A DNA stretch of 64,000 nt from Auanema rhodensis (taxonomy: Eukaryota; Animalia; Nematoda): contig OZ059895.1 in NCBI GenBank assembly GCA_964057225.1, forward strand, positions 11,098,001-11,162,000. The letters are read 5' to 3'. Within the stretch, counting starts at the first letter, position 1; each line of letters begins with the position of its first letter. The notes below the pieces were generated by a model. The model was not told the DNA's origin. It saw nothing but the letters and a program-made list of their open reading frames with translations, and made no database searches. The translations under genes were made by a program, and so were the position numbers. Of the stretch, positions 1 to 14,200 are shown in pieces.

Positions 1-398
1 CATTTGTTACGGACGAGATAAAATTGAAAATCAGCTGCATGGCGTACTTTTAACGTGGTATAGTTGTAAGCGAAAATATCTGGTATTCAATGATTTACAT
101 ACTTATCCTCGTTATAGTTTTTTTCCAATTTTATGTTAGTTATGTAATTTTCGACGTTCCATCTGGATCCCTCGATGATAACAATTCTTATAAGCTCCAA
201 ATACAATAAATTAAAAAAGGTTTCACAGTTGTATAGTGTTTAAACAATGTTTGTTTCGACAGGGAATAGATACAAACAGTAAAGTTAAAATGAAGGTTCA
301 TTAACTACTGGTTTATAACTGTAATATAGAAATAAGATTGAAGACATTTTTCTGCCGGGGGTTGCGCTATCTAAGTAAAACTACTTGACAATCGGAAA
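1..398 (+). repeat. Representative satellite monomer (phase arbitrary)
   Basis: The next copy starts at 399. It contains a near-invariant TGAAAATCAGCTGCAT core (PvuII site at 32-37), a T-rich segment (~85-150), an A/purine-rich segment (~260-345) and polymorphic sites (BamHI, EcoRV, HindIII, PmeI present only in subsets of copies). Confidence 0.97.
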
Positions 399-2919
399 CA
401 TTTGTTACAGAGGAGATAAAATTGAAAATCAGCTGCATGGCGTACTTTGAACGTGGTATAGTTGAAAGCGAAAATATCTGATATTCAATGATTTACATAC
501 TTATCCTCGTTATGGTATTTTTCCAATTTCATGTTAGTTATGTAATTTTCCACGTTCCATCTGGATCCCTCGATGATATCAAATTTTATGTGCTCCAAAT
601 GCAAAAAATTAAAAAAGGTTTCACAGTTGTATAGTGTTTTAACAATGTTTGTTTCGATAGGAAATAGATAGAAACAGTAAAGTTGAGATAAAGGTTCATT
701 AATTACTGGTTTATAACTGTAATGAAGAAATAAGATTAAAGATAATTTGCTGCCTCCGGTTGAGCTATCTAAGTAAATCTACTTGAAAAGTGAAAACATT
801 TGTTACGGAAGAGATAAAATTGAAAATCAGCTGCATGGCGTACTTTTAACGTGGTATAGTTGTAAGCGAAAATATCTGATATTCAATGATTTACATACTT
901 ATCCTCGTTATGGTATTTTTCCAATTTCATGTTAGTTATGTAACTTTCCACGTTCCATCTGGTTCCCTCGATGATATCAAAGCTTATGTGCTCCAAATAC
1001 AATAAATCAAAAAAGGGTTTCACAGTTGTATAGTGTTTAAACAATGTTTGTTTCGATAGGAAATAGATAAAAACAGTAAAGTTAAGATGAAGGTTCATTA
1101 ACTACTGGTTTATGACTGTAATATAGAAATAAGATTGAAGATAATTTGCTGCCTCCGGTTGAGCTATCTAAGTAAATCTACTTGAAAAGTGAAAACATTT
1201 GTTACGGACGAGATAAATATGAAAATCAGCTGCATGGCGTACTTTTAACGTGGTATAGTTGTAAGCGAAAATATCTGGTATTCAATGATTTACATACTTA
1301 TCCTCGTTATAGTTTTTTTCCAATTTTATGTTAGTTATGTAATTTTCCACGTTCCATCTGGATCCCTCGATGATATCAAATTTTATGTGCTCCAAATGCA
1401 AAAAATTAAAAAAGGTTTTACAGTTGTTCAGTGTTTAAACAATGTTTGTTTCGATAGGAAATAGATAAAAACAGTAAAGTTAAGATGAAGGTTCATTAAC
1501 TACTGGTTTATGACTGTAATATAGAAATAAGATTGAAGATAATTTGCTGCCTCCGGTTGAGCTATCTAAGTAAATCTACTTGAAAAGTGAAAACATTTGT
1601 TACGGAAGAGATAAAATTGAAAATCAGCTGCATGTCGTACTTTCAACAAGGTATAGTTGAAAGCGAAAATATCTGATTTTCAATGATTTACATACTTATC
1701 CTCGTTATAGTTTTTTTCCAATTTCATGTTAGTTATGTAACTTTCCACGTTCCATCTGGTTCCCTCGATGATATCAAAGGTTATGTGCTCCAAATACAAT
1801 AAATCAAAAAAGGGTTTCACAGTTGTATAGTGTTTAAACAATGTTTGTTTCGATAGGAAATAGATAAAAACAGTAAAGTTAAGATGAAGGTTCATTAACT
1901 ACTGATTTATGACTGTAATATAGAAATAAGATTGAAGATAATTTGCTGCCTCCGGTTGAACTATCTAAGTAAATCTACTTGAAAAGTGAAAACATTTGTT
2001 ACGGAAGAGATAAAATTGAAAATCAGCTGCATGGCGTACTTTTAACGTGGTATAGTTGTAAGCGAAAATATCTGGTATTCAATGATTTACATACTTATCC
2101 TCGTTATAGTTTTCTTCCAATTTTATGTTAGTTATGTAATTTTCCACGTTCCATCTGGATCCCTCGATGATATCAAATTTTATGTGCTCCAAATGCAAAA
2201 AATTAAAAAAGGTTTTACAGTTGTTCAGTGTTTAAACAATGTTTGTTTTGATAAGAAATAGATAGAAACAGTAAAGTTGAGAGAAAAGTTCATTTACTGC
2301 TGGTTTATAACTGTAAAATAAAAAAAAAATTGAAGATACTTTGCTGCCTTGGGTTGAGCTATTTAAGGAAAACTACTTGAAAATTGAAAACATTTGTTAC
2401 GGAAGAGATAAAATTGAAAATCAGCTGCATGGCGTACTTTTAACGTGGTATAGTTGTAAGCGAAAATATCTGGTATTCAATGATTTACATACTTATCCTC
2501 GTTATAGTTTGTTTTTTTTCCAATTTCCTTTTAGTTATGTAACTTTCGACGTTCCATCTGGATCCCTCGATGATATCAAATTTTATGTGCTCCAAATGCA
2601 AAAAATTAAAAAAGGTTTCACAGTTGTATAGTGTTTAAACAATGTTTGTTTTGATAGGAAATAGATAAAAACAGTAAAGTTAAGATGAAGGTTCATTAAC
2701 TACTGGTTTATGACTGTAATATAGAAATAAGATTGAAGATAATTTGCTGCCTCCGGTTGAGCTATCTAAGTAACACTATTTAAAAAGTGAAAACATTTTC
2801 TACAGAAGAGATAAAATTGAAAATCAGCTGCATGGCGTACTTTGAACGTGGTATAGTTGTAAGCGAAAATATCTGATATTCAATAATTTACATACTTATC
2901 ATCGTTATACTTTTTTTCA

Positions 2920-5900
2920 ATTTCATGTTAGTTATGTAATTTTCCACGTTCTATCTGGTGCCCTCGATGATATCAAATCTTATGTGCTCCAAATACAATA
3001 AATTAAAAAAGGTTTCACAGTTGTATAGTGTTTTAACAATGTTTGTTTCGATAGGAAATAGATAGAAACAGTAAAGTTGAGATAAAGGTTCATTAACTAC
3101 TGGTTTATAACTGTAATGAAAAAATAAGATTAAAGATAATTTGCTGCCTTGGGTTGAGCTATCTAAGTAAAACTACTTAAAAAGTGAAAACATTTGTTAC
3201 GGAAGAGATAAAATTGAAAATCAGCTGCATGGCGTACTTTGAACGTGGTATAGTTGTAAGCGAAAATATCTGGTATTCAATGATTTACATACTTATCCTC
3301 GTTATAGTTTTTTTCCAATTTTATGTTAGTTATGTAATTTTCCACGTTCCATCTGGATCCCTCGATGATATCAAATTTTATGTGCTCCAAATGCAAAAAA
3401 TTAAAGAAGGTTTTACAGTTGTTCAGTGTTTAAACAATGTTTGTTTTGATAAGAAATAGATAGAAACAGTAAAGTTGAGAGAAAAGTTCATTTACTGCTG
3501 GTTTATAACTGTAAAATAAAAAAAAGATTGAAGATACTTTGCTGCCTTGGGTTGAGCTATTTAAGGAAAACTACTTGAAAATTGAAAACATTTGTTACGG
3601 AAGAGATAAAATTGAAAATCAGCTGCATGGCGTACTTTTAACGTGGTATAGTTGTAAGCGAAAATATCTGGTATTCAATGATTTACATACTTATCCTCGT
3701 TATAGTTTTTTTTCCAATTTCCTTTTAGTTATGTAATTTTTGACGTTCCATCTGGATCCCTCGATGATAGCAATTCTTATAAGCTCCAAATACAATAAAT
3801 TAAAAAAGGTTTCACAGTTGTATAGTGTTTAAACAATGTTTGTTTCGATAGGGAATAGATACAAACAGTTAAGTTAAAATGAAGGTTCATTAACAACTGG
3901 TTTATAAATGTAATATAGAAATAAGATTGAAGATAATTTTCTGCCGGGGGTTGCGCTATCTAAGTAAAACTACTTGACAATCGGAAACATTCTCTACAGA
4001 AGAGATAAAATTGAAAATCAGCTGCATGGCGTACTTTGAACGTGGTATAGTTGTAAGCGAAAATATCTGATATTCAATGATTTACATACTTATCATCGTT
4101 ATAGTTTTTTTTCAATTTTATGTTAGTTATGTAATTTTCCACGTTGCATCTGGTTCCCTCGATGATATCAAATCTTATGTGCTCCAAATACAATAAATTG
4201 AAAAAGGTTTCACAGTTGTATAGTGTTTAAACAATGTTTGTTTCGATAGGGAATAGATACAAACAGTAAAGTTAAAATGAAGGTTCATTAACTACTGGTT
4301 TATAACTGTAATATAGAAATAAGATTGAAGACATTTTTCTGCCGGGGGTTGCGCTATCTAAGTAAAACTACTTGACAATCGGAAACATTTGTTACAGAAG
4401 AGATAAAATTGAAAATCAGCTGCATGGCGTACTTTGAACGTGGTATAGTTGAAAGCGAAAATATCTGATATTCAATGATTTACATACTTATCCTCGTTAT
4501 GGTATTTTTCCAATTTCATGTTAGTTATGTAACTTTCCACGTGCCATTTGGTTCCCTCGATGATATCAAAGCTTATGTGCTCCAAATACAATAAATCAAA
4601 AAAGGGTTTCACAGTAGTATAGTGTTTAAACAATGTTTGTTTCGATAGGAAATAGATAGAAACAGTAAAGTTAAGATGAAGGTTTATTAACTACTGATTT
4701 ATGACTGTAATATAGAAATAAGATTGAAGATAATTTGCTGCCTCCGGTTGAGCTATCTAAGTAAATCTACTTGAAAAGTGAAAACATTTGTTACGGAAGA
4801 GATAAAATTGAAAATCAGCTGCATGTCGTACTTTCAACGTGGTATAGTTGTAAGCGAAAATATCTGGTATTCAATGATTTACATACTTATCCTCGTTATA
4901 GTTTTTTTCCAATTTTATGTTAGTTATGTAATTTTCCACGTTCCATCTGGATCCCTCGATGATATCAAATTTTATGTGCTCCAAATGCAAAAAATTAAAG
5001 AAGGTTTTACAGTTGTTCAGTGTTTAAACAATGTTTGTTTTGATAAGAAATAGATAGAAACAGTAAAGTTGAGAGAAAAGTTCATTTACTGCTGGTTTAT
5101 AACTGTAAAATAAAAAAAAGATTGAAGATACTTTGCTGCCTTGGGTTGAGCTATTTAAGGAAAACTACTTGAAAATTGAAAACATTTGTTACGGAAGAGA
5201 TAAAATTGAAAATCAGCTGCATGGCGTACTTTTAACGTGGTATAGTTGTAAGCGAAAATATCTGGTATTCAATGATTTACATACTTATCCTCGTTATAGT
5301 TTTTTTTCCAATTTCCTTTTAGTTATGTAATTTTTGACGTTCCATCTGGATCCCTCGATGATAGCAATTCTTATAAGCTCCAAATACAATAAATTAAAAA
5401 GGTTTCACAGTTGTATAGTGTTTAAACAATGTTTGTTTCGATAGGGAATAGATACAAACAGTTAAGTTAAAATGAAGGTTCATTAACAACTGGTTTATAA
5501 CTGTAATATAGAAATAAGATTGAAGATAATTTTCTGCCGGGGGTTGCGCTATCTAAGTAAAACTACTTGACAATCGGAAACATTCTCTACAGAAGAGATA
5601 AAATTGAAAATCAGCTGCATGGCGTACTTTGAACGTGGTATAGTTGTAAGCGAAAATATCTGATATTCAATGATTTACATACTTATCATCGTTATAGTTT
5701 TTTTTCAATTTCATGTTAGTTATGTAATTTTCCACGTTCTATCTGGTGCCCTCGATGATATCAAATCTTATGTGCTCCAAATACAATAAATTAAAAAAGG
5801 TTTCACAGTTGTATAGTGTTTTAACAATGTTTGTTTCGATAGGAAATAGATAGAAACAGTAAAGTTGAGATAAAGGTTCATTAACTACTGGTTTATAACT

Positions 5901-8275
5901 GTAATGAAAAAATAAGATTAAAGATAATTTGCTGCCTTGGGTTGAGCTATCTAAGTAAAACTACTTAAAAAGTGAAAACATTTGTTACGGAAGAGATAAA
6001 ATTGAAAATCAGCTGCATGGCGTACTTTGAACGTGGTATAGTTGTAAGCGAAAATATCTGGTATTCAATGATTTACATACTTATCCTCGTTATAGTTTTT
6101 TTCCAATTTTATGTTAGTTATGTAATTTTCCACGTTCCATCTGGATCCCTCGATGATATCAAATTTTATGTGCTCCAAATGCAAAAAATTAAAGAAGGTT
6201 TTACAGTTGTTCAGTGTTTAAACAATGTTTGTTTTGATAAGAAATAGATAGAAACAGTAAAGTTGAGAGAAAAGTTCATTTACTGCTGGTTTATAACTGT
6301 AAAATAAAAAAAAGATTGAAGATACTTTGCTGCCTTGGGTTGAGCTATTTAAGGAAAACTACTTGAAAATTGAAAACATTTGTTACGGAAGAGATAAAAT
6401 TGAAAATCAGCTGCATGGCGTACTTTTAACGTGGTATAGTTGTAAGCGAAAATATCTGGTATTCAATGATTTACATACTTATCCTCGTTATAGTTTTTTT
6501 TCCAATTTCCTTTTAGTTATGTAATTTTTGACGTTCCATCTGGATCCCTCGATGATAGCAATTCTTATAAGCTCCAAATACAATAAATTAAAAAAGGTTT
6601 CACAGTTGTATAGTGTTTAAACAATGTTTGTTTCGATAGGGAATAGATACAAACAGTTAAGTTAAAATGAAGGTTCATTAACAACTGGTTTATAAATGTA
6701 ATATAGAAATAAGATTGAAGATAATTTTCTGCCGGGGGTTGCGCTATCTAAGTAAAACTACTTGACAATCGGAAACATTCTCTACAGAAGAGATAAAATT
6801 GAAAATCAGCTGCATGGCGTACTTTGAACGTGGTATAGTTGTAAGCGAAAATATCTGATATTCAATGATTTACATACTTATCATCGTTATAGTTTTTTTT
6901 CAATTTTATGTTAGTTATGTAATTTTCCACGTTGCATCTGGTTCCCTCGATGATATCAAATCTTATGTGCTCCAAATACAATAAATTGAAAAAGGTTTCA
7001 CAGTTGTATAGTGTTTAAACAATGTTTGTTTCGATAGGGAATAGATACAAACAGTAAAGTTAAAATGAAGGTTCATTAACTACTGGTTTATAACTGTAAT
7101 ATAGAAATAAGATTGAAGACATTTTTCTGCCGGGGGTTGCGCTATCTAAGTAAAACTACTTGACAATCGGAAACATTTGTTACAGAAGAGATAAAATTGA
7201 AAATCAGCTGCATGGCGTACTTTGAACGTGGTATAGTTGAAAGCGAAAATATCTGATATTCAATGATTTACATACTTATCCTCGTTATGGTATTTTTCCA
7301 ATTTCATGTTAGTTATGTAACTTTCCACGTGCCATTTGGTTCCCTCGATGATATCAAAGCTTATGTGCTCCAAATACAATAAATCAAAAAAGGGTTTCAC
7401 AGTAGTATAGTGTTTAAACAATGTTTGTTTCGATAGGAAATAGATAGAAACAGTAAAGTTAAGATGAAGGTTTATTAACTACTGATTTATGACTGTAATA
7501 TAGAAATAAGATTGAAGATAATTTGCTGCCTCCGGTTGAGCTATCTAAGTAAATCTACTTGAAAAGTGAAAACATTTGTTACGGAAGAGATAAAATTGAA
7601 AATCAGCTGCATGTCGTACTTTCAACGTGGTATAGTTGTAAGCGAAAATATCTGGTATTCAATGATTTACATACTTATCCTCGTTATAGTTTTTTTCCAA
7701 TTTTATGTTAGTTATGTAATTTTCCACGTTCCATCTGGATCCCTCGATGATATCAAATTTTATGTGCTCCAAATGCAAAAAATTAAAGAAGGTTTTACAG
7801 TTGTTCAGTGTTTAAACAATGTTTGTTTTGATAAGAAATAGATAGAAACAGTAAAGTTGAGAGAAAAGTTCATTTACTGCTGGTTTATAACTGTAAAATA
7901 AAAAAAAGATTGAAGATACTTTGCTGCCTTGGGTTGAGCTATTTAAGGAAAACTACTTGAAAATTGAAAACATTTGTTACGGAAGAGATAAAATTGAAAA
8001 TCAGCTGCATGGCGTACTTTTAACGTGGTATAGTTGTAAGCGAAAATATCTGGTATTCAATGATTTACATACTTATCCTCGTTATAGTTTTTTTTCCAAT
8101 TTCCTTTTAGTTATGTAATTTTTGACGTTCCATCTGGATCCCTCGATGATAGCAATTCTTATAAGCTCCAAATACAATAAATTAAAAAGGTTTCACAGTT
8201 GTATAGTGTTTAAACAATGTTTGTTTCGATAGGGAATAGATACAAACAGTTAAGTTAAAATGAAGGTTCATTAAC
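2920..8275 (+). repeat. 7-monomer HOR duplication (period 2788 bp, ~2 copies)
   Basis: Identical ORF variants are offset by 2788 (3184/5972, 3539/6327, 4778/7566, 5133/7921). Private variants such as TTTATAAATG (~3901/~6689) and GTGCCATTTGG (~4541/~7329) are shared. Boundaries are approximate. Confidence 0.9.
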
Positions 8276-11200
8276 TACTGGTTTATAACTGTAATGAAAA
8301 AATAAGATTAAAGATAATTTGCTGCCTTGGGTTGAGCTATCTAAGTAAAACTACTTAATAAGTGAAAACATTTGTTACGGAAGAGATAAAATTGAAAATC
8401 AGCTGCATGGCGTACTTTGAACGTGGTATAGTTGTAAGCGAAAATATCTGATATTCAATGATTTACATACTTATCCTCGTTATAGTATTTTTCCAATTTT
8501 ATGTTAGTTATGTAATTTTCCACGTTGCATCTGGTTTCCTCGATGATATCAAATCTTATGTGCTCCAAATACAATAAATTGAAAAAGGTTTCACAGTTGT
8601 ATAGTGTTTGAACAATGTTTGTTTTGATAGGAAATAAATAGAAACAGTAAAGTTAAAATGAAGGTTCATTAACTACTGGTTTATAACTGTAATATAGGAA
8701 TAAGATTGAAAATTATTTTCTGCCTTGGGTTGAGCTACCTAAGTAAAACTACTTGAAAATCGGAAACATTTGTTACAGAAGAGATAAAATTGAAAATCAG
8801 CTGCATGGCGTACTTTCAACGTGGTATAGTTGTAAGCGCAAATATCTGATATTCAATGATTAACATACTTATCCTCGTTATAGTTTTTTTTCCAATTTCA
8901 TGTTAGTTATGTAATTTTCCACGTTCCATCTGGTTCCCTCGATGATATCAAATCTTATGTGCTCCAAATACAATAAATTAAAAAAGGTTTCACAGTTGTA
9001 TAGTGTTTTAACAATGTTTGTTTCGATAGGAAATAGATAGAAACAGTAAAGTTGAGATAAAGGTTCATTAATTACTGGTTTATAACTGTAATATAGAAAT
9101 AAGATTAAAGATAATTTGCTGCCTTGGGTTGAGCTATCTAAGTAAAACTACTTAAAAAGTGAAAACATTTGTTACGGAAGAGATAAAATTGAAAATCAGC
9201 TGCATTGCGTACTTTCAACGTGGTATACTTGTAAGCGAAAATATCTGATATTCAATGATTTACATACTCATCCTTGTTATAGTATTTTTCCAATTTCATG
9301 TTAGTTATGTAATTTTCCACGTTCCATCTGGTTCCCTCGATGATATCAAATCTTATGTGCTCCAAATACAATAAATTAAAAAAGGTTTCACAGTTGTATA
9401 GTGTTTTAACAATGTTTGTTTCGATAGGAAATAGATAGAAACAGTAAAGTTGAGATAAAGGTTCATTAATTACTGGTTTATAACTGTAATATAGAAATAA
9501 GATTAAAGATAATTTGCTGCCTTGGGTTGAGCTATCTAAGTAAAACTACTTAAAAAGTGAAAACATTTGTTACGGAAGAGATAAAATTGAAAATCAGCTG
9601 CATGGCGTACTTTCAACGTGGTATACTTGTAAGCGAAAATATCTGATATTCAATGATTTACATACTCATCCTTGTTATAGTATTTTTCCAATTTCATGTT
9701 AGTTATGTAACTTTCCACGTGCCATCTGGTTCCCTCGATGATATCAAATTTTATGTGATCCAAATACAATAAATCAAAAAAGGGTTTCACAGTTGTATAG
9801 TGTTTAAACAATGTTTGTTTCGATAGGAAATAGATAAAAACAGTAAAGTTAAGATGAAGGTTCATTAACTACTGGTCTATGACTGTAATATAGAAATAAG
9901 ATTGAAGATAATTTGCTGCCTCCGGTTGAGCTATCTAAGTAAATCTACTTGAAAAGTGAAAACATTTGTTATGGAAGAGATAAAATTGAAAATCAGCTGC
10001 ATTGCGTACTTTCAACGTGGTATACTTGTGAGCGAAAATATCTGGTATTCAATGATTTACATACTTATCCTCGTTATAGTTTTTTTTCCAATTTCCTTTT
10101 AGTTATGTAATTTTCGACGTTCCATCTGGATCCTTCGATGATAGCAAAGCTTATGTGCGCCAAATACAATAAATCAAAAAAGGGTTTCACAGTAGTATAG
10201 TGTTTAAACAATGTTTGTTTCGATAGGAAATAGATAGAAACAGTAAAGTTAAGATGAAGGTTTATTAACTACTGATTTATGACTGTAATATAGAAATAAG
10301 ATTGAAGATAATTTGCTGCCTCCGGTTGAGCTATCTAAGTAAATCTACTTAAAAAGTGAAAACATTTGTTACGGAAGAGATAAAATTGAAAATCAGCTGC
10401 ATGGCGTACTTTCAACGTGGTATACTTGTAAGCGAAAATATCTGATATTCAATGATTTACATACTCATCCTCGTTATAGTATTTTTCCAATTTCATGTTA
10501 GTTATGTAACTTTCCACGTGCCATCTGGTTCCCTCGATGATATCAAATTTTATGTGATCCAAATACAATAAATCAAAAAAGGGTTTCACAGTTGTATAGT
10601 GTTTAAACAATGTTTGTTTCGATAGGAAATAGATAAAAACAGTAAAGTTAAGATGAAGGTTCATTAACTACTGGTCTATGACTGTAATATAGAAATAAGA
10701 TTGAAGATAATTTGCTGCCTCCGGTTGAGCTATCTAAGTAAATCTACTTGAAAAGTGAAAACATTTGTTACGGAAGAGATAAAATTGAAAATCAGCTGCA
10801 TGGCGTACTTTTAACGTGGTATAGTTGTAAGCGAAAATATCTGGTATTCAATGATTTACATACTTATCCTCGTTATAGTTTTTTCCAATTTCATGTTAGT
10901 TATGTAATTTTCCACGTTCCATCTGGATCCCTCGATGATATCAAATTTTATGTGCTCCAAATGCAAAAAATTAAAAAAGGTTTTACAGTTGTTCAGTGTT
11001 TAAACAATGTTTGTTTCGATAGGGAATAGATACAAACAGTAAAGTTAAAATGAAGGTTCATTAACTACTGGTCTATGACTGTAATATAGAAATAAGATTG
11101 AAGATAATTTGCTGCCTTGGGTTGAGCTATCTAAGTAAATCTACTTGAAAAGTGAAAACATTTGTTACGGAAGAGATAAAATTGAAAATCAGCTGCATGG

Positions 11201-14200
11201 CGTACGTTTAACGTGGTATAGTTGTAAGCGAAAATATCTGGTATTCAATGATTTACATACTTATCCTCGTTTGAGTTTTTTTTCCAATTTCCTTTTAGTT
11301 ATGTAATTTTCGACGTTCCATCTGGATCCCTCGATGATAGCAAAGCTTATGTGCTCCAAATACAATAAATTAAAAAAGGTTTCATAGTTGTATAGTGTTT
11401 AAACAATGTTTGTTTCGATAGGGAATAGATACAAACAGTAAAGTTAAAATGAAGGTTCATTAACTACTGGTTTATAACTGTAATATAGAAATAAGATTGA
11501 AGATAATTTTCTGCCGGGGGTCGCGCTATCTAAGTAAAACTACTTGACGATCGGAAACATTTGTTACAGAAGAGATAAAATTGGAAATCAGCTGCATGGC
11601 GTACTTTGAACGTGGTATAGTTGTAAGCAAAAATATCTGATATTCAATGATTTACATACTTATCATCGTAATAGTTTTTTTTCAATTTCATGTAAGTTAT
11701 GTAATTTTCCACGTTCTATCTGGTGCCCTCGATGATATCAAATCTTATGTGCTCCAAATACAATAAATTAAAAAAGGTTTCACAGTTGTATAGTGTTTTA
11801 ACAATGTTTGTTTCGATAGGAAATAGATAGAAACAGTAAAGTTGAGATAAAGGTTCATTAATTACTGGTTTATAACTGTAATGAAAAAATAAGATTAAAG
11901 ATAATTTGCTGCCTTGGGTCGAGCTATCTAAGTAAAACTACTTAAAAAGTGAAAACATTTGTTACGGAAGAGATAAAATTGAAAATCAGCTGCATGGCGT
12001 ACTTTGAACGTGGTATAGTTGTAAGCGAAAATATCTGATATTCAATGATTTACATACTTATCCTCGTTATAGTATTTTTCCAATTTTATGTTAGTTATGT
12101 AATTTTCCACGTTGCATCTGGTTCCCTCGATGATATCAAATCTTATGTGCCTCAAATACAATAAATTAAAAAAGGTTTCACAGTTGTATAGTGTTTAAAC
12201 AATGTTTGTTTTGATAGGAAACAGATAGAAACAGTAAAGTTAAGATGAAGGTTCATTAACTACTGGTTTATGACTGTAATATAGGAATAAGATTGAAGAT
12301 AATTTGCTGCCTCCGGTTGAGCTATCTAAGTAAATCTACTTGAAAAGTGAAAACATTTGTTACGGAAGAGATAAAATTGAAAATCAGCTGCATGTCGTAC
12401 TTTCAACGTGGTATAGTTGTAAGCGAAAATATCTGGTATTCAATGATTTACATACTTATCCTCGTTATAGTTTTTTTCCAATTTTATGTTAGTTATGTAA
12501 TTTTCCACGTTCCATCTGGATCCCTCGATGATATCAAATTTTATGTGCTCCAAATGCAAAAAATTAAAGAAGGTTTTACAGTTGTTCAGTGTTTAAACAA
12601 TGTTTGTTTTGATAAGAAATAGATAGAAACAGTAAAGTTGAGAGAAAAGTTCATTTACTGCTGGTTTATAACTGTAAAATAAAAAAAAGATTGAAGATAC
12701 TTTGCTGCCTTGGGTTGAGCTATTTAAGGAAAACTACTTGAAAATTGAAAACATTTGTTACGGAAGAGATAAAATTGAAAATCAGCTGCATGGCGTACTT
12801 TTAACGTGGTATAGTTGTAAGCGAAAATATCTGGTATTCAATGATTTACATACTTATCCTCGTTATAGTTTTTTTTTCAATTTCCTTTTAGTTATGTAAT
12901 TTTTGACGTTCCATCTGGATCCCTCGATGATAGCAATTCTTATAAGCTCCAAATACAATAAATTAAAAAGGTTTCACAGTTGTATAGTGTTTAAACAATG
13001 TTTGTTTCGATAGGGAATAGATACAAACAGTTAAGTTAAAATGAAGGTTCATTAACAACTGGTTTATAACTGTAATATAGAAATAAGATTGAAGATAATT
13101 TTCTGCCGGGGGTTGCGCTATCTAAGTAAAACTACTTGACAATCGGAAACATTCTCTACAGAAGAGATAAAATTGAAAATCAGCTGCATGGCGTACTTTG
13201 AACGTGGTATAGTTGTAAGCGAAAATATCTGATATTCAATGATTTACATACTTATCATCGTTATAGTTTTTTTTCAATTTCATGTTAGTTATGTAATTTT
13301 CCACGTTCTATCTGGTGCCCTCGATGATATCAAATCTTATGTGCTCCAAATACAATAAATTAAAAAAGGTTTCACAGTTGTATAGTGTTTTAACAATGTT
13401 TGTTTCGATAGGAAATAGATAGAAACAGTAAAGTTGAGATAAAGGTTCATTAACTACTGGTTTATAACTGTAATGAAAAAATAAGATTAAAGATAATTTG
13501 CTGCCTTGGGTTGAGCTATCTAAGTAAAACTACTTAATAAGTGAAAACATTTGTTACGGAAGAGATAAAATTGAAAATCAGCTGCATGGCGTACTTTGAA
13601 CGTGGTATAGTTGTAAGCGAAAATATCTGATATTCAATGATTTACATACTTATCCTCGTTATAGTATTTTTCCAATTTTATGTTAGTTATGTAATTTTCC
13701 ACGTTGCATCTGGTTTCCTCGATGATATCAAATCTTATGTGCTCCAAATACAATAAATTGAAAAAGGTTTCACAGTTGTATAGTGTTTGAACAATGTTTG
13801 TTTTGATAGGAAATAAATAGAAACAGTAAAGTTAAAATGAAGGTTCATTAACTACTGGTTTATAACTGTAATATAGGAATAAGATTGAAAATTATTTTCT
13901 GCCTTGGGTTGAGCTACCTAAGTAAAACTACTTGAAAATCGGAAACATTTGTTACAGAAGAGATAAAATTGAAAATCAGCTGCATGGCGTACTTTCAACG
14001 TGGTATAGTTGTAAGCGCAAATATCTGATATTCAATGATTAACATACTTATCCTCGTTATAGTTTTTTTTCCAATTTCATGTTAGTTATGTAATTTTCCA
14101 CGTTCCATCTGGTTCCCTCGATGATATCAAATCTTATGTGCTCCAAATACAATAAATTAAAAAAGGTTTCACAGTTGTATAGTGTTTTAACAATGTTTGT

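Noticed and set aside
254-270. CENP-B box at TTTCGATAGG(G/A)AATAG
   Set aside because: It matches only TTCG of the NTTCGNNNNANNCGGGN consensus. The A and CGGG positions fail.
2505-2525. Single-base length changes in T/A homopolymers (e.g. AGTTTGTTTTTTTTCC)
   Set aside because: These are typical slippage or sequencing error. They account for the 397-400 bp monomer variation and are not meaningful individually.
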